Below are positions 7,461 to 15,150 of a stretch of DNA of 17,725 nucleotides, one piece after another; position 1 is the stretch's first letter, and the number at the start of each line of letters is the position of its first letter. This DNA is from Promethearchaeota archaeon (GTDB lineage: Archaea > Asgardarchaeota > Lokiarchaeia > Sigyniarchaeales > SOKP01), in the NCBI GenBank assembly GCA_004524535.1, contig SDNY01000074.1, positions 1-17,725 on the forward strand. The letters run 5' to 3'. A program made the position numbers and the translations under genes. Below the pieces are notes generated by a model that was given only the letters and a program-made list of their open reading frames with translations, was not told where the DNA came from and did not search any database.

Positions 7461-8876
7461 ATGACACAGATTAAGATAGGTATCGTTGGAGCAGGTTCTG
7501 CAGGATTATTTGCAGCTAAAGAACTTGGAAAATTAAATTTAAATGGCATTGAAATTAAAATTTTCGATCAAGGACCTGAAGTAGATAAACGATATTGTCC
7601 ACTTAAAGAAGAAGAACTTGCATGCGCTCAGTGTTATCCTTGTAAAATTATGAGCGGTATTGGTGGTGCTGGAGCATTCTCTTCTGGTATTTTAAATTTA
7701 AATGAAAATATCGGAGGGCCTCTAGGTGAATTATGCGACAGGGTTAACTTAAATGCAAAAGAAGTAATTCAGAGTATAGATGATTTTTTCGTTCAAAATG
7801 GTGCTCCAAATAAAGTTTTTGACCCTTTTGAAAAGTCTAAAAAGAACAAATTAAAAGAATTAAAAATGAAATGCGTTTCAGTTGACATAAGATTTGTTCC
7901 AATTAAACAGAGATTATTGGGATCTGAAAATACCCCAAAAGTTATTAAATCGATTCGAAAGTACCTCGAATCTAATTTTAATATTCAATTTATTCCAAAT
8001 ACAAAAGTTATTAGATTTGATAAGAACAAGAATCTTTATTTTGAAGATGGCAAAAAGGAGAATTTTGATTATTTGCTTTTAGCCCCCGGCAGATGGGGTA
8101 TGGTATGGTTAGCTGAGGTTTGTAATAAAATAATAATTAAAACATTTTATGAGCCACTGGATATTGGTGTGAGGGTTGAAGTGCCCGCTATCATTATGGA
8201 AGATGTTTGTTATATTCAAAGAGATCCTAAGTTTCATATCATAACACCAACATATAAAGATTTTATAAGAACATTTTGCGTCAATCATAAAGGCTATGTG
8301 GTTAAAGAAACATATGAAAAAAAAATTGCTGGGGTCAACGGGCATCAATTTTCAACTGAAGGAAAATCAGGAAATACCAATTTCGCATTTCTTATTAGGC
8401 AAAGCTTAACGAGTCCTCTTGAAGATACTACGGAATATGGTCGTTCAATAAGCAAGCAAACTTCAATTTTAGGAGGGTATAAGCCCTTAGTCCAAACACT
8501 GGGTGATCTCCGAAGCGGTCATCGCTCACGCTCATCTCTTATTGATAAAAATCCTGTACAACCCACTTTAAAAGATGCAACACCTGGAGATATTGCGATG
8601 GCTTATCCCTATCGTTTTGTAACTGATATCCTAGAGGGACTAAAAATTCTGGATAAAGTAATTCCTGGAGTAAATAACAACAGTACATTGATTTATGCTC
8701 CTGAGTTTAAACGTAGTGCTAAAAGAATTGATATAAATAATTTTTTCGAATCAAATCAAATAAAAAACATATTTTTCGCCGGGGATGGCGCGGGTGTATC
8801 CAGAGGAATTATAGGTGCTGCTGTTACAGGCATAATTGCAGCAAAAGGGATTATTTTAAAGATAACTAATCATTAA
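7461..8876 (+). CDS. FAD-dependent oxidoreductase (COG2509-like) with an N-terminal Cys cluster
   Basis: IVGAGSAG Rossmann motif, CP...CAQCYPC, GIGGAGAFS.G, DIGVRVE, RTFC, VNGH, YAPE and GDGAGVSRGI. Confidence 0.88.
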   Translation: MTQIKIGIVGAGSAGLFAAKELGKLNLNGIEIKIFDQGPEVDKRYCPLKEEELACAQCYPCKIMSGIGGAGAFSSGILNLNENIGGPLGELCDRVNLNAKEVIQSIDDFFVQNGAPNKVFDPFEKSKKNKLKELKMKCVSVDIRFVPIKQRLLGSENTPKVIKSIRKYLESNFNIQFIPNTKVIRFDKNKNLYFEDGKKENFDYLLLAPGRWGMVWLAEVCNKIIIKTFYEPLDIGVRVEVPAIIMEDVCYIQRDPKFHIITPTYKDFIRTFCVNHKGYVVKETYEKKIAGVNGHQFSTEGKSGNTNFAFLIRQSLTSPLEDTTEYGRSISKQTSILGGYKPLVQTLGDLRSGHRSRSSLIDKNPVQPTLKDATPGDIAMAYPYRFVTDILEGLKILDKVIPGVNNNSTLIYAPEFKRSAKRIDINNFFESNQIKNIFFAGDGAGVSRGIIGAAVTGIIAAKGIILKITNH

Positions 8877-8968
8877 CTCAATCTTTCTTCATAATCTATA
8901 TGTTACTCGAATATTTTATAATTTAACCCTAAATAATTGACAAAAATTTAATTAATTTTAATTTACTT

Positions 8969-9145
8969 AAAAGAAAAGAAAAGAGAAGGGCCAACGAAAT
9001 CCAAACAATTTTTGCAAAAATTAGGGAGAAAATTAAACTCTAAACAGAGTTTAATAGAGGGCGAATTTTGGCGTTTTTTGAAGTAAATTTTTTAAACGTA
9101 TCCAATGTTGTGTTTAGATTTTGATTGATTAATTTCCCTTCTTTA
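8969..9145 (-). ncRNA. Candidate structured non-coding RNA or decayed MITE-like element
   Basis: Nested inverted repeats 8984-8990/9136-9142 and 8997-9007/9111-9121, inner palindromes 9007-9022 and 9032-9055, followed on the minus strand by CUUUUCUUUUCUUUU. Confidence 0.3.
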
Positions 9146-9368
9146 AATAGTTATGATTTGTTTTCTTAATAAAGATAGCTTTATTAGAAGTTTTATGTTC
9201 TAATAGAACATACAAATTTTGACAAAAAAATAATTAGATTAAAAACTGTTTTTTATGAAATATTACCTTACTATAACGTCAATTTATATAAAATATAAAA
9301 GATTTAAGTAAGAAATTGTCAATTTTTAAAGTAAAGCCTCTTGCTATTTTTTTAATCGCATTATTCGT

Positions 9369-10172
9369 TTATAGAAGATCCGTAATTTTAATTTTCATCC
9401 CATCTTGAGCAGCAATGATGTTCTTTATCTTGGTGAATTTTTTTAGTTTTTCAACTTGGCTTGGGACATGATTTTTTTTAGAACGTGGCCCATCCATATA
9501 GGACCCAAAATGAGTTATTATTAAGCTGTCAAGCGGGGGATTTATTTTATTTAAATAAGGAATAACTTCATCTGTACATAAATGCCGTTTACATGTAATT
9601 GAGTCTGGTCTTAGAAGATTTAAAATTAGAATATTAACTCCATTAAATTGTTCTGAAAAACCATCAAAAACCATGGTGTCACTGGAGAAAGCTAGTGAGT
9701 AATTCATCAGATTAAATCTAATCCCGAATCCTGCTACATTTGGACTATGAATTACTTTAGTAGCAATAATTTCTATTCCCTTATAGTTAAAAATATCTCC
9801 CGGTGTAAAAATTACAATTTTTTCGAGCATGTTTAAATGATAATCCGAAATAAATCGCTTGGCGTCTTCTGTTGTAAATAAAATCCCTTTTTTAAAGTAG
9901 TTATAATTTCTATCATGAAGAATTTCATGGGAAGATTCAATAATTGCACTTAAATCATTAAAATGATCAATATGCACATGGGTAGCAAAAAATAAATCAG
10001 TTTTAGTTGGGTCTTCTTTATATTGATTTATTCGAACTAAGGCTCCTGGTCCAGGATCTATGTGGGCTTGTGTACCATTAAATTTATAGAGATATCCACC
10101 CGTAGCTCTATGTTGGGTTCTGATATGATGCCTCCCTCCTCCAGATCCGAGTATAATTAATTCATCTTCCAT
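9369..10172 (-). CDS. Metallo-beta-lactamase-fold hydrolase (archaeal GSGGGR type)
   Basis: LGSGGGR, IDPGPG, THVHIDH (HxHxDH), VIHS, SSDT, HL and THFG metal-ligand motifs. Confidence 0.9.
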   Translation of the reverse strand: MEDELIILGSGGGRHHIRTQHRATGGYLYKFNGTQAHIDPGPGALVRINQYKEDPTKTDLFFATHVHIDHFNDLSAIIESSHEILHDRNYNYFKKGILFTTEDAKRFISDYHLNMLEKIVIFTPGDIFNYKGIEIIATKVIHSPNVAGFGIRFNLMNYSLAFSSDTMVFDGFSEQFNGVNILILNLLRPDSITCKRHLCTDEVIPYLNKINPPLDSLIITHFGSYMDGPRSKKNHVPSQVEKLKKFTKIKNIIAAQDGMKIKITDLL

Positions 10173-10188
10173 TTTTCTATGGTTATAA

Positions 10189-10722
10189 TCAATTTATTTC
10201 TTTTTCTATTAATTCTTTTGCCATTCTATTAAATACTTCTTTTATATTATATCCGGTTTTTGCTGATGTTTTAATATAATCAATCATATTAAACCTTTTC
10301 TTAATTTTTACAGCGTATTTATCATTAAAAGCAATTAGATCCTCAAGGTCATTTTTAGTCCCTACAAGAATGATTGGAAGATTTATATCATATAATCTTA
10401 ATATGTTAACCCATTCTGACAAACTATTTTTTTCTGGCATTCTGGTTAAATCTATTAGAAGCAATGCGCCCCTTGCTCCCCTAATATAAGTCGGTATGAG
10501 ATGTCTAAATCTTTCCTGTCCACCTAAATCCCAGAGTTGGAGTAAAAAATTTTTGCCAGATTTGCCAGAGTCAAAATTTACCTTTTTTAAAAAGAAGTCG
10601 ACTCCTACTGTCATTATTGAGCTTTCATCAAACATATCATCTACATATCTTCTTAGTAATGAAGTTTTGCCCACACTTGCGTCGCCACTAATAAGCACTT
10701 TATATATATAATTTTTTGTCAT
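10189..10722 (-). CDS. Rab-like small GTPase
   Basis: G1 GDASVGKTS, G2 TVGVDF, G3 WDLGGQERF, G4 TKND, G5 TSAK. Confidence 0.95.
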   Translation of the reverse strand: MTKNYIYKVLISGDASVGKTSLLRRYVDDMFDESSIMTVGVDFFLKKVNFDSGKSGKNFLLQLWDLGGQERFRHLIPTYIRGARGALLLIDLTRMPEKNSLSEWVNILRLYDINLPIILVGTKNDLEDLIAFNDKYAVKIKKRFNMIDYIKTSAKTGYNIKEVFNRMAKELIEKEIN

Positions 10723-11077
10723 AACCAGAAATCAGTTTTTATTATGTATCCTAAATGAATAGTTACTAAAAAATTACCGTAATTTTGAAGGAATGGATTT
10801 ACTATTATGGTGATTCAAAAGAAGCATTTTATAGTAGCTTTTTATCAAATTAATTTGAAAATTTTAATTCTAAAATTAAGTATTTGTCGATTTTTTTCAA
10901 TATTCGTTTTAGCCTCTTGCTTAGGATGTTTTTAAAAGCCAAAATTTAAATATATCGGAAGGTAAGATATTTGAAAATAGATTTCTATATGGTCCAAATA
11001 TTACTTAGTTTAATTAAGACTTTATATTGCATAATAACATTATAGAAATTATTGATTATTAATTTATTAATACTTCA

Positions 11078-14000
11078 ATGTTAAGACAAGAATTTTTTGA
11101 AATCCCAGAAACTGCCTTAATTAATTATGCAAAACAAATAGAAAGAAATTATAACAGTAAAACTGCTAGTGAATTAACATACTATGATGATTTACGAAGA
11201 TTTTTAGAAGCAATATTTCCACCATCAAAAGGTTATTTAATTCAGTCAGGTTATAAAATAGAGGGTTCATCTAATCGTCCTGATCTAACTGTTACTAATA
11301 ATAGTATCGTTCTCTTTCATATAGAAGCTAAGATTCCAGGCACACCCATCGAAAATATTGTTAGATATAAAAAGGATCATCGATTAAATGATCAAATCTT
11401 AAGATATAGAAATGAAGGTGTTCAGCTTTTGATCACGAATTTTACTGGTATTTATTTAATTGATTCCTTAATCCCTAATGAACCAGATAAACCTCAGAAA
11501 TTTGATTTTAAATGTATTTTATTAGATAAATCAAATAATAAGTTTAAGCCAGCTTCTAACGCTATTCCAAATTTAAGTAGATTATTTATCAAGACTTGTG
11601 AAGATAATCTTGAAACATTATCTAATATAAAAAAAATTATTAACCCATTAGCTGATATTGCAAAAGCAATTAAAAATAAAACAATAAATCTTTTAAATAA
11701 ATCAAAATTGAATAAAAATCTAAACAGAACAGAACTAATTGCAGCAGAATATTTGAAAGCAATAAGGGATGATTTTAAAAAATCAATTTTTAAGGAAGAA
11801 AAAATAGATGAGAATATTCTATTTTCAGATCTCTTTGCCCAGACTATTGTATACGGAGCCTTTTCTGCGTGGATCAATTTCTGCCAAAATATGGGAAGTG
11901 GAGAAAACTTTACAATTCAAAAAGTAGGAGATTATTTACCATATGGTAGTTTTATCCGTGATTTGTTCTTAACATTTAAAAATAAAATTCAATTAATATT
12001 TGAAAAAATTATAATGGAACTTGAAAAACGCTTCCAAAAAACAGAATACAAAGGAAATATTAATACAGAATCTATTATCACAACATTTTATAGTGATTTT
12101 TTAAAATCTTACGACCCCAAAACTGCCAAAAACCGTGGTGTTGTTTACACCCCACAAGAAATAGTTGATTTTATGATACAAGGGATAGATTTTCTCCTTA
12201 AGAAATGGTTAAATAAACCAGATGGTCTAATATCTGAAGATGAAATCCCTGAGATTATAGACACTAAAATTACTAAATCTAAACAAATTGATATTATTGA
12301 AAATCTCCAAAAGATATATTCAAAATCCATAACACGTCTAAGGATCCTTGATCCCGCATCAGGTACTATGGCATTTGCCTGTGGACTTTTACATTTTGCA
12401 AAAAAAGCATTTCAAAAAAAGATCCCTCAATTCCCATTAGCCAAAAGTGCTTTTGAAAAATGGGTTAAGACAACATTCTTCTCAAATGTTTACACTTTCG
12501 AGATATTAATGGCACCTTATGTTCTAGGTCATATTAGAACATTTGTAACTTTAAACAATTTGGATTTACCTCTAGATTTTCAAGAATATTATTTAAAATC
12601 TTTTTTAATGAATACTTTAATGACTCCACCTGAAGGCGAACCAATTGAAAAGTGGATATTTAATAATTTAGATATAGGGCGTGAAATTAAGGAAGCACTT
12701 AAAATTCGGGAAAGAAGAGATATTTTTGTTATTATGGGAAATCCTCCATATAATATAACAAGCCAAAATAATTGTGATTGGATTAATGAAAAGATTAAAG
12801 ATTATAAAAAAGGGTTAAAAGAAAAAAATCTTAAAATTCTCTCAGATGATTATGTAAAGTTTATTCGATTTGGGCAATGGAAGATTGAACAAGTCGGGTC
12901 AGGTATCTTAGCATTTATTACAAATAGTAGATATTTAGATGGTCAAGTTTTTTCGATTATGAGACAATCATTAAGAAAAACATTTGATAGAATATATATT
13001 GTCAATTTACATGGAGATATGAGAAAAAAAGAGTCTGGAAATCCATTTAATATACGCGTAGGTATTGCTATTGCTTTTATGGTAAGATTTGATAATTCGC
13101 CGAATAAGAATGCTTCGATATTTTATATGGATGTTCCAGAAACCACTCGGGAAGAAAAATTTGCTGTTTTAAGTAAAGGATTCCAAGAAAATAAATTTAA
13201 ATTATTAACTGAAACTAAGAAAAATTATTTTATTGAAATTGATACTACATTTATGAGTCGTTTTGAAGATTTTATACCTTTCGATTCGTTTTTTAGAACT
13301 AGTCCTACAAGCGGAATAATGGGTGGCAGAGATAGACTTTTATATGATATAGATAAAGAAGCTTTAAAGTATAAGATCTCTCTTTTCTTTAATAAAGAAT
13401 TTGAGAAATTAAATAACCTAAAAATAAAGGTTAATGATACAAAATCTTGGAAAAAGTCAAAGGTATTTAAGGGAACTAATTTAGAAAAAGTTCTAAAAAA
13501 TATTAAAGTTGTAAATTATCGTGGCTGGGATTTTCGGTATATAGCATATGATAGAGTTTTAGTTGAGGGTCATAGAATGGGATATATCGATCAAATTTCT
13601 AAACGTAATCCCGCTATAACTGTTACTAAGTCATCTCGTAAAAAGAGATTTGAGACTGCTTTTATAGTCGATAATTTATTAGAAAAATGCTTCATGTCTG
13701 TTACAGATACATCTTATGCATTTCCACTCTATTTGAATGGTGAGTTAAATATAATAAAACCTGAATTACCATATCAAGTAGAAGCAAAACAAGTTTTTTT
13801 CTATTGTTATGCTATTCTTTACGCACAAACATATCGGAATAGATATGACGAATATTTAAGGAAAAGTTTTCCTAGAATACCCTTTCCTAAGGACATGAAA
13901 TTATTTTATGAACTTTATGAAAAAGGAAAAATTTTAGCAGATATTCATTTATTGAAAAATAAGATTAGTTTAAAATTAGAATTAGCAGAGTGCAATCCCG

Positions 14001-14323
14001 ATGAATGGAAAATTAATGATTTCACTTATAAGCCTTCCGAGGAGACTTTATATTTTGATAATCCTTTAAGTAAGAGAAAATCTAATAAGAAGAAGATTCC
14101 AACAATAAAAGGAATTAGTCCAGAGGCTTGGAATTTCTCAATAGGGACAATTAAACAAATTGAACAATTTTTAAAGTCTCGTAAATTTGGTAACTTCTTT
14201 CAGAGAGGATTAAATCATGATGAATTAATTTATTTCTTAAAGATGGTTACTGCTATCGAAAAGACTATAGAAATATTACCTGAAATTGATAAAATATATA
14301 AAAAAATTGATGTATTAAATTAA
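11078..14323 (+). CDS. Single-chain restriction-modification enzyme (nuclease, N6-adenine MTase and Type ISP-like specificity domain; no helicase)
   Basis: RPDL...HIEAK nuclease motif, RGVVYTP, ILDPASGT (motif I), GNPPY (motif IV), DDYVKFIR, and YCYAILY...YR.RY...L...FPRIP. Confidence 0.88.
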   Translation: MLRQEFFEIPETALINYAKQIERNYNSKTASELTYYDDLRRFLEAIFPPSKGYLIQSGYKIEGSSNRPDLTVTNNSIVLFHIEAKIPGTPIENIVRYKKDHRLNDQILRYRNEGVQLLITNFTGIYLIDSLIPNEPDKPQKFDFKCILLDKSNNKFKPASNAIPNLSRLFIKTCEDNLETLSNIKKIINPLADIAKAIKNKTINLLNKSKLNKNLNRTELIAAEYLKAIRDDFKKSIFKEEKIDENILFSDLFAQTIVYGAFSAWINFCQNMGSGENFTIQKVGDYLPYGSFIRDLFLTFKNKIQLIFEKIIMELEKRFQKTEYKGNINTESIITTFYSDFLKSYDPKTAKNRGVVYTPQEIVDFMIQGIDFLLKKWLNKPDGLISEDEIPEIIDTKITKSKQIDIIENLQKIYSKSITRLRILDPASGTMAFACGLLHFAKKAFQKKIPQFPLAKSAFEKWVKTTFFSNVYTFEILMAPYVLGHIRTFVTLNNLDLPLDFQEYYLKSFLMNTLMTPPEGEPIEKWIFNNLDIGREIKEALKIRERRDIFVIMGNPPYNITSQNNCDWINEKIKDYKKGLKEKNLKILSDDYVKFIRFGQWKIEQVGSGILAFITNSRYLDGQVFSIMRQSLRKTFDRIYIVNLHGDMRKKESGNPFNIRVGIAIAFMVRFDNSPNKNASIFYMDVPETTREEKFAVLSKGFQENKFKLLTETKKNYFIEIDTTFMSRFEDFIPFDSFFRTSPTSGIMGGRDRLLYDIDKEALKYKISLFFNKEFEKLNNLKIKVNDTKSWKKSKVFKGTNLEKVLKNIKVVNYRGWDFRYIAYDRVLVEGHRMGYIDQISKRNPAITVTKSSRKKRFETAFIVDNLLEKCFMSVTDTSYAFPLYLNGELNIIKPELPYQVEAKQVFFYCYAILYAQTYRNRYDEYLRKSFPRIPFPKDMKLFYELYEKGKILADIHLLKNKISLKLELAECNPDEWKINDFTYKPSEETLYFDNPLSKRKSNKKKIPTIKGISPEAWNFSIGTIKQIEQFLKSRKFGNFFQRGLNHDELIYFLKMVTAIEKTIEILPEIDKIYKKIDVLN

Positions 14324-14475
14324 ACTCTCAATTTTATTGAATAACCTACGTAGAAGCATTAATAATTAAACTCATATTTTAATTATTAGTCTATAATTAA
14401 ACCTTAAATTAAAATTAATTAACATTATCTATTAAATTATTTAGTAATAACAATAAAAAAAGAGATATTTTTATT

Positions 14476-15090
14476 TTGACTACAAGTGAAATTACTCTTT
14501 CCAAAGAACTCGAAAATGGAAAGGAATTTTCATGTAAGGCCTGTGGAGCTTGTTGTCGAGGATTGCTCGAAGGAGATGTGTATCTCTATAGAGATGATAT
14601 TGTTAGACTAGCAAAACATCTAAAATTAAAAGGTAAATTAGGATTAAGAGAATTTGCCAGAAAATATGTAAACATAATTGGTCAAACATTTTATTGGAAA
14701 GAACCCGGAGCAAAACGAGGTCGAAATTACAAATTTAAAACACTAGCTTTTAAATTTACAGGAGATGACGAACACTGCTTTTTTTTAGACGATAATAATT
14801 TATGTACTGTTCATAAAGCCAGACCATTCCAATGTAGTTGTTTCCCTTGGTGGCGAATGATGGTAAATTCGTCTTCTGGTTGGAAAAATTTAATAGATTA
14901 TTCAAAAAAATGTCCAGGGTTACGTGATTCTCTATCAAACAGAGGAAAGTTTTATTCCCGCGATGAAATCTTAAAATGGGCAAAAAGGGAGTATGAGATT
15001 GAAAAAAAGTTTTTCTTGGAAATGAAAAAGAATAATTTTGATATTTATAGAGTTTATGAATTTCTTCCGAAAAATGAAGAGAAAAGTTAA
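14476..15090 (+). CDS. YkgJ-family cysteine-cluster protein
   Basis: FSCKACGACC, CFFL....CTVHKARPFQC..FPWW and CPG. TTG start. Confidence 0.88.
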   Translation: MTTSEITLSKELENGKEFSCKACGACCRGLLEGDVYLYRDDIVRLAKHLKLKGKLGLREFARKYVNIIGQTFYWKEPGAKRGRNYKFKTLAFKFTGDDEHCFFLDDNNLCTVHKARPFQCSCFPWWRMMVNSSSGWKNLIDYSKKCPGLRDSLSNRGKFYSRDEILKWAKREYEIEKKFFLEMKKNNFDIYRVYEFLPKNEEKS

Positions 15091-15150
15091 TATTGACTTA
15101 TATTTTTGATTATTATAGAAAGAAAAGGAACTAAAATTTTTAAAATTTAA

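Noticed and set aside
12225-12341. GTCTAA direct repeat around the R-M insertion as a second intron
   Set aside because: No stop codon, no BHB geometry found, and removal would leave too short a linker before motif I.
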